34,109 nt of DNA from Nemertoderma westbladi (Eukaryota > Animalia > Xenacoelomorpha), in contig JAUCBJ010000513.1 of assembly GCA_032718475.1 (NCBI GenBank), forward strand, positions 1-34,109, given 5' to 3'. The notes beneath the pieces are model-generated. The model did no database searches. It worked only from the letters and a program-made list of their open reading frames with translations, and was not told where the DNA came from. Below are positions 9,540 through 23,944 of this stretch, piece by piece (position 1 is the first letter of the stretch; the number at the start of each line of letters is the position of its first letter). Both the position numbers and the translations under genes were made by a program.

Positions 9540-10708
9540 GCGGCGGGTGCACCGGGGGGAAGCAACGAAGGGAGTGCAGAGGATTCAAAATGGGCAATGT
9601 TGGCGGAGGGGTCACCGTTGCGGTCGGGAGGTAGTCAGTCAGTGGGGACTGAATTCCTGTTGCCGGATCAGTATTTGGGGGCTGACGATCCAGATTTTGT
9701 CTCTATTTGTAGTGTTAGGGGGCAGGACTTGGGTTTGTTAGGAAGCCTATATGTAGCCAGGGGAGGCCTTCGTGTTCTACACTGCTAACTGCTAATTGTA
9801 AATTGTTAATTGCATACTATACTGGTATACTGATACACTACTGTGTGGCTTTAGTGCACTAGCTGACTGGTAGTCAACGCAGTACTGTACTACTAGCTGA
9901 TTGCTATGCTAATTTCTGTGTTGCTAAAGTGTGCCTGATTCTTGATTATGAATGCTTAGTTAGGCGCCTTTCCCTTGATTGATTTCTATTTCTTAGTTTA
10001 CGTTTAATAATTGCTGATTAGGTCAAAATAATACAGTATTAAGGCTGTTGCTAGTGTAACCCAGTACGTAATAAATTAGAATTGCGTATTCTGGAACATT
10101 CAGTAATTAGTACGCTGTTCCCTATTTATGACTGTAATTAATTAGCGTTCAAATAAGAATTTGTACGGAGCATAGCGGAGAGTAGTTTAAGTAATTATTT
10201 AGAATACTGTAGACTATTCACGCTAGGTGGTTATTTGAAAATAGCGGGCAACAAGCTGATAGCAGCATCCTGTATACAGTAGTAGGTTGCTGGCTTAAAG
10301 CCAGCCGAAGGCAAGTTTAGACCCTAAATACAGTACCACGATTGGTCCCGGTAGGTCATTAAGTTATTTAAACATTCTCACATTCATCAATTCTGTTAGT
10401 GAATTCCAGTACTTGCGATAAGTGAACATGCTGAGTGTAAGCCACCCCCACACTCGTTTTAAGTAGCTTAGGCGAGCCGATTCGTGTTTATTGTTTTGGT
10501 TATTCCCGCGTGGCTCATAGATTCGAACAGTTAGCTCTCTGTCGAGCGATCGGTAGAGAAAGGAGCAAGCGATTTTGTAGGAGCCGTATAAAATTAGTAA
10601 AACAAATTAGCGGATGGCCAGGTTAGCGCCATCCAGCAGTGAGAAGCAATTTTGTGTTTAGCAGCAGTGCAGCAGTAATAACGCGCTCCTGATCGCGCTT
10701 GTTTAACA
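9540..10708 (+). repeat. 5' LTR
   Basis: Colinear with 24179..25338. Homology ends at GATCGCGCTTGTTTAA(CA). The left edge is fuzzy (about 9530-9550). Confidence 0.88.
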
Positions 10709-11678
10709 GTAGAACACGTGATATTTGCTGTTGCTTGCAACAGTAAAGAGTGTGTTCACTAATCGCAAAATACAGCAGTTCATTGGGCTGTTAGGGTAGT
10801 GTACTGTTTTTATTTACTGTTACTTCGTAATAGTAAAACACAATTTTTATTTTTTGCTGTACTACGTACAGTAAGATATAAGGAGTGCATTTACTAATCG
10901 TAATACAGTAATTCATTAGGCTGTTAGGGTAAATTGTAAATTAGTAAGTTTTGAAATTTTAGCTAGGTTTGTGAGAATTCAGTTTCGGTCAAAATTATTT
11001 TATAATATAATCCAGAGTTTTTGTACCGGTATGTTAGATAACCGCTTAGTTGTTTTATACCATCTGGAGATACATGGCGAGACGGAGCTTCTGAGTTTGG
11101 GGTTTGTGTGGGCCTGCGGGTTTGGTTTGCAATCAGCGACGAGACTGAAACTTTGGACGCGGATGTGGAATCTCACAGCAAACAAGGTTGGTTGTTCTGT
11201 TGGTACCATTGTATTTGTGGAAGCAGTAAAAAATTACCGGTTGTTTAACGGCGAAGCTGAACTTAATTTATTAGTTAGGATAGTTATAGGTTAAGCCGGT
11301 CATGGTATCCAGGTCGCAACCTGAAGGTGTAGCCACGCGCCAGTGGATATATATAATATTTAAAAATAAAATTACGTCGATTTTGAGCTATATATAAAAT
11401 TAGAAATATTTGGGTGACTGATTCATTTTTTTGAATTTTTTGAATTAGATTCAAAACTATTTTGTGTCATACCGGTATTTAAATGCTATATAATAGCTAT
11501 AGAGCAATATTTTCGTTTAAATGTCATACCGGTATTTACTATAACTATATACCATTAAATTCACAATATTATATTGCGAATTTATTTTGACATTTGAGAC
11601 CAAATTATTTGGTACATAATTTAATTGTATTTCGATTAAATTAATATATCTCGAATTTTTGCGAGATTTTAGCCGACT

Positions 11679-14600
11679 ATGAGTGTCTCAGAGAAGGAGG
11701 CACTAGAGGACAGTTATGAGACGGCGGCCGGACCACCGAATGATAACAGTATAGACATAACTGTTGATGACAATGCCGACTATGACGATGCAGCAAGTGA
11801 CGCTGACGTAAGTGAACAGGAGGACGAGACAGTAACCAGTGAGGAAGAACAAGGTGAGATAATACCTTTAGGATCCCCTACCACTACAGTAAGGAAGGAT
11901 TGCACAGCAGCCTGGCCAGAGGTGAGTGATAGGGAAGGAAGTGTAGCAGGAGCGAAAGCCCAGAGCCCGGTTTCCAGACCTGTGGGTATGGTAAGTGCCG
12001 TGGCCCCAGTGGATGTAAGAAGTACCCGTAGTTCCCGTAATAATCCCTCAAGTCCACCGAGTGTGAGTCAGGTAAGCGAGAGAGAGGTAGATATCAAGAT
12101 AAAGAAGAAACTTCGCGCGCATTCCAGACATATAACCTGGATGACAGACAAGGTAAGGAAGATGCTAGCCGACTCTGTTAACATCGGAAGAGAAGGGTTA
12201 GTAGAATTTAGAAAGGGATATAACTCAGCGTTGTTTAAGCAGATGGAGGAACTTGCAGTCCTAGCGAAGAGAGCAGTGGAGTCTCAGTTGAGTGATGTAG
12301 CGACTAGGGTTTATGACAGGGCTTTGGCGGCCTTGTTGGATCACCGCGCGTTATCGGAGCGATTCCGACGAGTTAGGACAGAAAACTGGTTGCTATGGGT
12401 GTCGCAAGCGCAGGCGACTCAGGTAAGTGACGCGGAGCTAAGGAACTTAGTGGGGCAGGAAGAGACCCAAGACAAGGAAGAGCAACGATACCAGAAGGAA
12501 GTCACCAGCTGGCTGATGCAGAGCAGAGTATTAGTACCGGGTCAGGTGTTACCGACGACGGAGAATATCCAGCAGAGGACGTTAACTCCACCCGACGACG
12601 CAGCCAGAAACAGTGGTGATTCTCAGGTTAGTCGTGCGCAAGGGAAGGTTATATGCGCTAGATCCCTAGTTTCTCACAACTCGGCAGAGGAGAGAAGACG
12701 ACAATTAGACGAACAACAGGCAGACGTTTTACGTGCGTCGGAGGCACGGAAGGAAGCCAAAAGAGAAAGGGAGCGCAAACGGAAGTTAGACGCAAAGCTG
12801 GGCGAGTTGGAGGACATAAGTAAGCGTGAGCAAGCCGAGTGCGAACACGAAGAACGCGAATTCTAACTCGAGCGCAAACATGAACAGAAGGAACTCTAAC
12901 TCGAGCGCGAATGCAAAGAGAAGGAACGCGAGCGCAAGAAGCGCAAACTCCAACACGAACGCGAATGGGAAGCCAAGGAACGCGAACAAAGGAGATGCGA
13001 ACTCGAGCGCGAGAAAGAGCGACGCGCACTATACGAAGAAAAGGAGTGACTGGAAGAAGAGAGCGCAGCGAGACTCGCGAGGGAAGAAGAACAATGCAAA
13101 CTGGCGCAATTGGAAAGTGCGAGACTAAACTTAGAGAGCAAAGAACGAACTAGGAAGGCGAATGAAATCGCCGAGAAGGGGATGCGAATGATTGAAGAAT
13201 GTGGGGCGAGTGTAGGTACCGAGTTGCGAGAACTGTTCGCACAGCAGAAGGCCAAACAGGAGGCGAGAACTCCAGTTATATGTAAGTCGACGGCGACCAG
13301 AATTCCTATACCCGGTCCAGCTATTATGAGTACTCGGATCGCTAAACCGTTTTCTACATATCGCACGCTGGTTGGCATTAGTGCTTCACCCATCGCGCAG
13401 GATCCGTGCCATCAGGACGGCGCACCGCGACGCAATTATTATTGGGACGAGAAGGAGTTTAGAGAAGAAACTCCTAGAGGCCGAGTATTGGGCGAACCGA
13501 AACCGCAAGTTTGGAATACGCGGATGGATCGCCGACCCAGTTCGACGGAGAACTTCCGGGTTAAAATGGAAGAGGGATCATATGAGAGACAGCGGATTAC
13601 ACAAATAGAGCCGAAAATTCAGCAGAACCCTAGCCAGGAGTTTATTACAAGGGAGGAGTTAGGTGCCAGTTTAGCGCAAGCTATATCGCCACACATCCAA
13701 CCTATAACGGACATGCTTAGTAACCTACAGTTAAAGGAAGCAGCACAGGTAAGAAGTAATTCTAATCCTAGCAGGCCTGAACTAGATAGAGTCCAACCTG
13801 GCCAACAAGTACGCATATCGGAGGCAACAATACCACAAGGACCTCAGGTAAGAACGCCCGTCCCTATGATCTATAATCCCGATTTCGAACACTCGGCGGA
13901 AAGGTTTATACAAGAAGCATCAGCACATGAACATTCGGCATGAACACTCGGCACATAAACCGACGCGAGCGCTGAGAACCGACACAGACTCGAGCGATGA
14001 ATAGGAAAAATGAGACGTCAGAAGTCCCAAAACCGGAAGGAAAGAAGGACCGACGCCGAGCAGGTAAGTATGAATCCCCGGGAAAGGACCAGACTTAACA
14101 ACCCTGCAGAACTAAACAATTTGTTAACCTGGAATGACGCAACCCTTAGAGACATAGGTAAGTTTGCCGCTGGGCAAGGACTGCCGACGCAACAACCCCA
14201 GAAGTTTATGGGCAACCATAGGCATTGGAGGACGTTTAAAACCTATGTCGACGAACAGCTGACCAACAGCACCTTTACTCCCAATGAGAAATTCAACTAT
14301 TTACTGCAAATTCTCCATCGAGAACCTATAGCCATTGCTGATAACTTCGTCAGCAATGAAAGAGTGTTTGAACTAGCTATGAAGACACTTAGTGACATCT
14401 ACGGGAATAAAACCAAGATGGCACAGTCGATAGTGGAAGACTTGGGTAAGGGCAGAAGGATTACGACCCCATTGGAGCTGTTGAACTTAGCGAACGCTAT
14501 TTCAAACGCATTGGACATCATAAGGATGGTAAATCAGCCTCATCATGGTGATCATGCCGAAGTTTTAAAGAGTATAATTAAGACTCTTAAATATGCATTA

Positions 14601-15224
14601 CCGACAGAAATGGTGCAAACTAGAAAATAAGTTAGAGGGTCAAGGTAAGGTGTTGACACTTCAACACATCCATGACATGATAGCCACAGATGCGGTAGCA
14701 GAGATGAAATCAAACTTCTCAGAGGAGAATATGAGAGAGTCTAAACCTGTTACCGGTAAGTCAATGGTAAGTTTTGACGATGACAGAACCACTGTAACTT
14801 TTAACTCAGTAGACAGATACAATTCGAGTACCCCTGCCTTTAGACCAGACTTGTGAGTATGGTCAGGTGAGAGGTCAGATAGACCTAAGGTGAAACAACA
14901 GGAGTTGCCGAATTCTGCCTACTAAAGGAGGTAAGATCGGACGACCATAAGTTAGACAGTTGCAGACGGTTCAAAGAATTAACTTCGGAACAGAGAAGGG
15001 TTCAAGTGCGGACGTTGGACACCTGTTGGGCATGTCTTGCACCAGGTCATATACGGCGCCAGTGCCCGAACAGCAAGGACAGATGCATGGAATGCGGCAG
15101 ACTACATCACAAGTTGCTACATGCAGACATCCATACCCCAACCCCTACAGAGGAATCCTCAAAGGAAGGGGAGCAGAGATCCCGTAACGATAAGAAGAAA
15201 TACGTACACTGGCATCCACGATGA
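11679..15224 (+). pseudogene. gag: BEL/Pao gag (coiled coil, DUF1759-like capsid region, Cys/His knuckles), disrupted
   Basis: E/R/K-rich coiled coil; PQKFMGNHRHWRTFKTYV..EKFNYLLQIL; knuckles CWACLAPGHIRRQC and CMECGRLHHKLLH. Several stops and frameshifts. Confidence 0.9.
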
Positions 15225-18200
15225 TGGATATCAACCAGGTTCGTCAGACAAGGATGGCGAAGCGAGCGCGAGAGAGGTGACCTGCCAAGGGTTCACCACG
15301 GATAGTTCATCGACCAGCGCGCGGACGTATTTATCATCAGCCACGTCAGAAATATTCAGCGTGATTCCGGTGAAACTTACTGGAGATAAGGGATCGAAGA
15401 GAATATATGTGATGTTGGACACTGCATCCACATTATCGTATATAGATGAGGAAGTGGCGAGAGCCGTTTCCAGCTTCCAGGACGCCGATGAAATAAAGAT
15501 AGAGTTAAAATCCATGCACGGGGTAGGTGACCTCAAGGGACATAAGATTTCGGTAGAACTAGACTCCCTACTCCCGGGAGACCAGCACACTCACCAAGAG
15601 CGGAGAGCGTTGCCATTGGATGGATTTAAGTGTCTAGCTATGAAAGGGTTCAGCAGGCAGTTAGGTAAGGTGCCACCGATGAGTCCCATAGCACAGGAGT
15701 ATTTTGACAAGCTCAGAATACCGAGACACCAGGTGGGTTATAGGAACGTATCTATGTTGATTGGAGCAGAACAGCTAATCGCGCACCAAATATGGGAAAC
15801 GAGACCAGCTGAGCTGTATGTAAATGGGCCACACGCCCATAGGACTATATTATGTTGGTATACACGAGTACCCATGTCCTATGAGTTTTCAGGCGGCGAC
15901 AAGCCAAAGGATAGACACGACGAATTACAGCCTATAACACAACAACCATTAGTAGAACCACCAGACATAGACGAGTTTAGGAGAACCTGTATTGACCACT
16001 ATAGCAACTTTAGCGAGTCAGACGAGGAGTTGATTCCCGATAATGTTAGATTGTCGGAACCACTCTACAATGACCGGACAGATACTGAACCCGAGGACTA
16101 CTGTTATCAGACCCGTGGGTCTGGTTCAGCTGCCCACGCCACTTATTTGAGTAACGTTTTGACTTATACCAATATAGTGGATGGTCAGGTGGCTAAATAT
16201 CGAGACCTCGACATTTTTCAATTCAGTAAGGAGGAGTTACAGAAGGAACTGATACGCCAGTACCTCGAGACAGGAGCTAAAACTGTCAAATGGCTGGACA
16301 GGGATGCGATGGAACCCGGTGGTTATGACCTAACCATGTCCACAGATGAGAAGCGGTCGCTAGAGATGATGGAAGATATCATACATCTGCTACCGACAGG
16401 ACATTTTGAAGTTGGAATGTTGTGGCGTCGACAACCCCTTAAGTTGGAGAACAACTACAACTTGGCCCTGAAAAGATTGAACGGAGTAAGGGCTCGGTTG
16501 CTAAAGAATCAAGACGCACAAATCAACAACTATTTCGTCAAGGGATTTGCTGGGAAGGTAGAGAACCCCGACTTAGTAACGGACCAGACTTATTACCTCC
16601 CACACCACTATGTGACTCACCCCGACAAACCAGACAAGGTTCGAGTAGTCAATGACTGCGCAGCAGGCTATAGAGGTATGTCCCTGAATTCAGAGTTGAT
16701 GGATGGTCCCAACCTAAATAACTACTTGATAGGGATACTATTACGCTTTAGACAGCGGCGATTTGCGTTTACTTGCGACATCGAGGCGATGTTTCACCAG
16801 GTAAGAGCCTGTAAGGCGGACCAAGATAGTCTCAGATTTCTCTGGTACGAGAATGAAGACCTATCCGGCCCAGTGATCACATACCAGATGTATGTTAGGA
16901 TATTCGGCGCCCGCGATAGTCCCAACGGCAAGCTGTTTGTCTTAAAGAAAATGGCAACGGCCCAGATTGGTAAGTATCCAGTAGATGTTATCGAGTCCAT
17001 CCTGAGAAACTTCTACATGGACGACGGATTGGTGTCCAAGGACACAGCGGAACAAGCCATAGAAGTGGCTCACGGCCTACAGGAGTGCTTGGCTATGGGA
17101 GGTTTCCCACTGACCAAGTTCACCACCAACTCGGAGGCCCTATTAGAGTCATTCCTGGTGTAAGATCGCGGGAGCGGAGACATTGAATTGGGTGTAGAAC
17201 CCATCCCCATGGCGTGAGTACTGGGACTCGCTTGGAATCCGAACACGGATAAGTTCCAGGTGAGAGTTAGGTTTGAACCTAGTAGCCCAGACAAAATTTT
17301 GACTAAGAGAATCTGCTTATTAACAATGAGTAGACTATTTGACCCGATGAACTTTATCAGCCCGGTAATATTACAGGCACGAGTATGTATGAGGAAAATT
17401 TGGCTGTCTGACCTAGAGTGGGACGAGCCAATATCCCCTATACATGCAAAGCAGTGGAGAGAGTGGGAAGCCGAGTTACATCTATTGAAAAATATAGATG
17501 TACCCCGCTCCTACTTTCCAAATCAGCTGGTATTTCCAGCTGATCTTGAACTGCACTTATTTAGTGACGCAAGTGACACCGGCTTTGGTATGGTAGCCTA
17601 CCTTCGCCGTGAGGTAAGTCAAGATAAGTTTGAGACGGCCTTTGTGAATTCTAGATCAAAGACAATGCCGGTCAAATACATGACTGTCCCTCATGCAGAG
17701 TTGCAGGCGGCAGTAGTCTCAGTCGAGGTAAGTAAGCAGATAATAGAGGAGTTGGACATGACATTGACATTATTCTATTGGACGGACGCATCCTTAGTGT
17801 TAGTGTATATTGCAGCTGACAATATTGCACTAAAGACATTTGTGGCCAACAGACGCGCTCAGGTCGTAGACTTTTCGACAAAGGAACAATGGAGACATTG
17901 TCCGGGAGTGTTAAACCCGGCCTACATAACTTCGAGAGGTGCTATGCCGGCGGAATTCTGTCAGGAGGAATCCCAGGAGTTTTGGTTACATGGACCTGAT
18001 TTTCTAACCAGGACACAGGAGCATTGGCCAGAGCGATTGAAGATTGTGACCAATCCGATGCCGAAGGATGCAGAAGTCAAAGTGGAGAAAGTCTCCAAGT
18101 CTAAGTCGAAAGCCAAACTCGAGTCATTGGAGCGGCCTGAAGAGTCATTGGAGCGGCCCGGAGACCTGTCAGACCAAGAGACGTACGTGACTATGAGGTC

Positions 18201-19925
18201 CGGAAGGGTAAGTTATGACATAAAACCACCCTTACAGACTACACAAGGGTCACGATTAGTAAGTGACGGACAGAAAATGACCGACAAAATGGAGCCTTCG
18301 GTTTCCATACCTGCGGGTTTGGATTCGAAACTTCCATTAGCCAGTGGGCAACCGTCGCTGGCATTAGAGCCATGTAGTATTTATGACAAATTACTAAATT
18401 CGTCCGCCTCTTGGCTGACAATTTGTAAAAGAACTGCGTGGTTAAGCCGATACGTTTCGTATCTTTGTTTAAAACATTCAGAACATTTAGGAGAACAAAC
18501 GAGCACTAATAGTGAGCGAATTCAAAAATTGAAACGACCTCTGACAGAGGATGAGATTGATCAAGCGGAATTAAAGCATTTGAGGCATTATCAAATGTGT
18601 GCCTTCCCAAAAGAATTCTATCTGTTATCGGCTCAACGACCAGTTCTCTATAAACCCCTCAAAAAATGGAGTCCATTAATCCATAAGGGTTTGATTTGTC
18701 ATAGATCGAGAATCCAGACTGTCGACATAAACTCACAGTTTAGGTTCCCAGTGATAATCCCTAGTCACCCAATAGAATTGCAAAGAGCGATTCTATGGGA
18801 TATACATAAGAGGCTGCATCACGCGGGAAGGTTACACTGTTTGTCGGCAGCGAGACAGCGATTCATTCTATTGCAGTTAAGCATAAGCAGGGCAGTAGGT
18901 ACTATGTACGACGCCTGTCTGGTTTGCAAGAGGGTGAACGCCAGAGTATTGGAACAGGAGATGGCTGAACTCCCGGAAGCGAGAGTGCAGGCATATGACC
19001 CACCCTTTACAAATATGTGGATGGACTGCTTTGGTCCAAATGATGCAAAGAGTGGACGGCTGACCCACAAGAGATGGGGCCTGCTACTGATATGTATGGC
19101 TAGTTGAGCCGTACACATAGAGCGTGTGGCAGATATGTCGACCAAATCTCTGCTCCTGGCCTTAAAGAGATTTGTGGCCAGGAAAGGACTAGTAAAGGCA
19201 TTCTACTCTGACAAGGGTACAAACTTTGTCGGGGGGAATAGCGAGTTAAACGCAGCTCATAGGGCGGCGCAGAATGGAGAAATCTCTGCAGCACTTTTGC
19301 CGCAAAGAGTGGAGTGGAAGTTTAACACTCCAGAAAGACCCTGGAGAGGAGGAAGTTGGGAGCGTTTGGTTCGCTCCATAAAACAGGCTATTGCTAAAAC
19401 ATTGCCTGTAAACAAACAACTTACAGACAACGAGCTGGTAACAGCTTTCATCAAAATCGAGCATACCTTAAACTCGAGGCTGATAGCTATGTTGCCTGAT
19501 GGTGTTGCATTAACGCCGAATCATTTGCTAATGCAGAGTCCAGCGTTTCTTGTGCCAGCATCAGAACCCAATAGTGCCGACCTATACAGTCGAAAGAGCT
19601 GGAAAATAACACAGTTCGTAGCGTACACATTCTGGGAATATTGGCGGGAATATTATCTTCCCACAATATCCACCAGATCTAAGTGGTACAAAACAGTTCA
19701 GAGCCTCCAAAGAGGAGACTACGTATTAATAACCGAACCAGTTGTCAGAGAAAATATTGGGAGACTGGAGTCATCTTGCACATACACCCGGACGTACAAA
19801 ATATAGTACGCACTGTCACTGTAAAAATAAGGTGCAAGTATCCAAACAAGAATAAGTATAAAACTAATGGTTTACACACACAGACTGGTCCAAGATATCG
19901 TGTTACTAGAGAAGACACGCATTGA
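15037..19925 (+). pseudogene. pol: BEL/Pao pol (aspartic protease, RT, RNase H, integrase), disrupted
   Basis: Protease MLDTAS. RT: YYLPHH, KVRVVND, DIEAMFHQV, LRFLW, NFYMDD. RNase H: LHLFSDAS, FYWTD. Integrase: HHAG..CLVC, MDCFGP, YSDKGTNF, GGSWERLVRSIK, FWEYWREYY. Stops at about 17161, 17215 and 19105, plus frameshifts. Confidence 0.96.
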
Positions 19926-20727
19926 GACAGGAGACTATAATTTATCTTCTGCCTCAAACCAAAATTAGTGTTAGAATGCAAATTCACTTCGTATACATTC
20001 CTCGTATGCAAATACTCGGAAATGCATAGGAGCGGGTTTGTGGTGATTTGTGTTGAGAATTTGTCTGGTGGGTATCAAAACAAAATTTTATTTTCATAAA
20101 ATGTTTGGAAAATTAAAAAATTTTAAAATTATATGTTGAACCCAAGACAATTCCAAACGCTGCATATAGACGCGTTCTAGAATTCGTCTATAGATGTACA
20201 GTAATTTGAAAGTCGTGAAGCCTGGAAAATAGTATCTAGACACCATGGTTACGGCTATATTAAGTAGGAGTGTAAATTGAGTTCAGTAACTTCCACAGAT
20301 TGGTGCCAACAGTACAACAACCAAGGTGCTAAAGGTTAGTAGCACCAGAGGCGTACACAGACCCCACTCAGTAGTTTGCAGTGGAGTGAGGTGTTCGATT
20401 ATCAAACCTGCGGGTTTGGTATAGTCGAACGCCATAACTATTATCCTTTCTAACTACTGTAGTCTACTACAAGTATTGGGGAGTAGCTTGGGCATCAAAA
20501 AGTGAGTCGGTCATGGCCAGTTTATCTCCGAAGTTTTTGTGCTATGCATGGGAATAGGTTAGAAGGTAGTTAGGAATGAGACGGGATCTAGAAACCTGAA
20601 CCTGAACTGCTGGAAGGCGGCCGGGTAGCTCGGGAAGTTCGTCCCTCCGCATCATCTAGCTGACTTACCCACAGTGTAATTAGTTACGTAACGGACCTAA
20701 TTGGGATAAATATATATACTTGGCAAT

Positions 20728-23700
20728 ATGGAAAAGGAGATTCGAGCACAACCGAGGAGAGGTTTCACCGCCAGAGAGGAAGCGGAACTACGGTTCGCCC
20801 GACCTGGGTGTAAAGATTCCAATGTTTACTACCATGGGAGATCGGTAATGGAGTTGAATGGGAAGTGTAACCCCACGTACGAGAAGGAGTTGAGGAGGGA
20901 ACGGATGCGAGCGTTGGGAGACCGCATGGAGGTTCTACGAAAGGAATATCGCACTCGTTATCCCTACGACTTTGCCCTTGATGTGTGCAACATTAGCGCC
21001 GGCCCTGATGAGGAAATCACCTGTCTATATCATATGAACATGTATTTACGGCACGATGAACCGCTACCTGCAGTCCGAGATCAATTCAACGGGATGCATC
21101 TTTACCGGAGGACCCGAGGCGAGGATCCTGAGACGCCAAAGGTTTTCAGTGTATACAAGTTGTTCTAAAAATGCGGCGAATGCATGAATAAGCAAGATGT
21201 AGCAATTCCCGATCGACTGAATGAGCAGAATCCTGAACCGATATTAACGTGATGTCAAGCTCATCAGTTTCTTAGATATAACGAGGGAGGTTACCCGATG
21301 AGCAACCCGATGATCAGTATCGACTGTAACAGAAAGAGACCTCCGAGACCCATTACGCCGACCGTTATGACTTTAGATCTGTATACGGAGATTAAACCCT
21401 GTTCGACACCCGCCTTGATAGAAACGGCGGCGGCCATTTCGCTTTACCGAGCCTATAAAGACCTAGAGGCGCGGCGCGAAGCGGCACGGGACTCAAGTAC
21501 CAAACCCGGGGGTTTGGAACTCTCGAGTCCCTGGACCACATTTACTTCGCCTCACCGAGGGAGAAAGCTCACGCCTGAGCATCAGGACGATATAGACACG
21601 TTGCAGCAGGAGGAGCGAGTGGCGAAAGCGAAGCAGTTATTCGAAGAGCATATAGCGGAGTACAACAAGACTGCGGATAGACATCAGGAGGAAACTAGGA
21701 GAGTGACTGGATTTGTTCCACAGGCTGTATCTCAACCCCGACTGGTGTATTATTCCGACGGCAACGGACCTGCAATATTGGTAGATCACCCGGAGTCGCG
21801 AGAAGCCATTCGATTCTTGCCGATGGTGACATTGTCGGATCATTGGAACGTTGACTGCTTACAGGAAGTTTTATGCGCGAAGTTCTTGCGTGACGTCCCG
21901 ATGCAAATAACGGATTATGATACGTTAGACAAGATCGGAGCTCCGGGGAAGGAGAGTAAGTTATTCGGTTGGTTGGACAAGTATATAAAGGAATGGGTCG
22001 CGGTGGCTACGTTCCCAGACGACCAGGAGGTATATCAGGTGTGGCTGAGGAGGAAGGGTTCCTATACCCAATATGATGACCATAAGGCTATCGAGCGCAT
22101 ATGGACCCCATCCGACGACATCCAGCGTCAATGGAGGAAGACGGAGGAATCCCTAGAGGATTGGCATGTAATGTTCTATGACAACGAGGGAGGGTCCCAC
22201 CAAGAGTGCCTAACTAGCAAGTGCATTCAAATTCGCGTGGCTGATGGCATGACTCACGTATTTATGCGCGTGAGGGCGGACTGAGAGAGACTGGAGCCCA
22301 TCATAACGACGCAATACCGGCGAGGGAAGGATCCTAGGGAGCAGATCTTGGAGGTATGTAGGCGAGGGGGTATGCATGGAGCGGAGCGTATCGACGCCAG
22401 GATGTTACCCAAGAAGGTTAGAGAGGCGATTCTTAACCAGGATTACGTAAAGGTGGGATCAGGAGTCCAAAGTGATTTGGAGAGCGACTTCAACGCCATG
22501 GCGGATTTGGAGGATCGATTGCCGAGACCGTTTGTCGACACCAAGCTATTATTGCTATGGGCACAGGATATTGGAATTTATAGGGAGTACCCAAACTCTG
22601 CTAAGACTGGTATGGGCTTTATAGCGCATTTGTTGTACAACTGGGACTTCAAGTTGAAGACGCAAAAGAAATATGAGAAGGCGTACGGTGAATATAACAC
22701 GCCGCCGCGAGCGGAGTTCAAATCCCACTTTAAGTGGCAAGCGTTAGTATTGGAACATCTGCGCGCCACCCCGTGCGTTGCTGCAATATTATTTGGTACT
22801 AGAGTCGAACACGGTAACTTGTTTAGTGGCAAATATCATTGCGCGAGTTCTGAAGCGTCATCCATTGGTGTTCGGAGGAGATCAATACGTTCGTTCGAAA
22901 GGAGGAATCCAATCTGACGTGATGAAGCGTTTCTTAACCCCGTTCTTCAACCAATCGCTACAAAACACGTCGAAGGTTTGCCGTTGGTGAAACGAGACTG
23001 ACCATTCATTCCATACGTGCACCGTCTTCATTTCTCAGTGTGGATATTGTGGGGTAAAGGGACACCGTAGTGCAAAGTGTCAACTGTGTGATGATTCCTT
23101 CCAGAATCATAGCGCCGAACCTCCTTCGGGGGATGTTAGACAAGTGGGAGGGTGTGGCTGACTACCACATCCAGGCGCAAATGCGGTGGTTGTCGTTTAA
23201 AGCAGGATACAGGTTCTGGGCGGTAGATCCATCACACGTTGCCTACAAACCGTATTTGCAATCCCTACCACAATACCAGGAGCTAATACTGACTGCTCAA
23301 GACCTTCCGCAGAATACAGGAGTTATAGTCGTTAGATCATATTTTCGACAGTTAAACATGGACAATAAGTATACCTGGAATTTCGTTGCTATTTGCGACA
23401 GAATAACCAGAGGTTTATTTTCAGAGACGAGAAAGGTGCGCGAGGAGACTGGAGGATGGCGGCTATACAATACCGCAACGAATTCTTGTTGACTCACATA
23501 CGGGTGGGGTCATTGACCGCCGAACGGGTGGAGGTGCAACGAACCGCGGCGCCCACAGCGACAACAGCCGGAGCTCACAGCTCGCAGCAAGTACCAGAAG
23601 GAGGAGTCCTAGACAAGCGTCAAGTTAAGGACGAGCAGTTTCACTCTATTATCGACACACAACGACTGCAACGGAAGGCACAAGGCGCGTCTGAAAGGGC

Positions 23701-23944
23701 GCGCTTGCAATTGCAGAAGGAGGAGTTGGCAGCAGAGGCGCCCGCAGGGACACGGCAAATGGGACGAGGCCGAGGGAGAAGCACCAGTCAAGAGATAGTC
23801 GGTGCTCAGGGAACGTCGTCGCCGGTTCCGGGAAGTGACGCCCCACGGACGCCGTCAACCGAGTCTACAAGAGGAAGATTAGTGTATCTGGGGAGGGGGC
23901 GAAAGAGAGGAACGAGCCCGAAGGACCCAGGAGCAAGCCGATAA
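20728..23944 (+). pseudogene. Extra ORF: RNase D/WRN-like DEDDy-type 3'-5' exonuclease with CCHC knuckles, disrupted (about 1050 aa)
   Basis: ExoI FYDNEG (22180) then CIQI. ExoII MLPKKVREAILNQDYVKVGSGVQSD (D at 22474), then FVDT. ExoIII-like LLQYYLVLE (22790-22804). Knuckle CGYCGVKGHRSAKC near 23040. Colinear homology with 28327..32388. Confidence 0.8.

Noticed and set aside
10709-11330. Primer binding site of the BEL element
   Set aside because: No TGG follows the apparent LTR end, and TGGTATCCAGG at 11303 does not match a tRNA 3' end I can identify.
12658-13393. Overlapping antisense and alternative-frame ORFs (also 25399..25826 and others within pol)
   Set aside because: They are shadows of repetitive coiled-coil or pol coding sequence and have no independent motifs.
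20728-23944. env gene in the third-ORF position
   Set aside because: No signal peptide or transmembrane segment seen; the motifs indicate an exonuclease and zinc knuckles.
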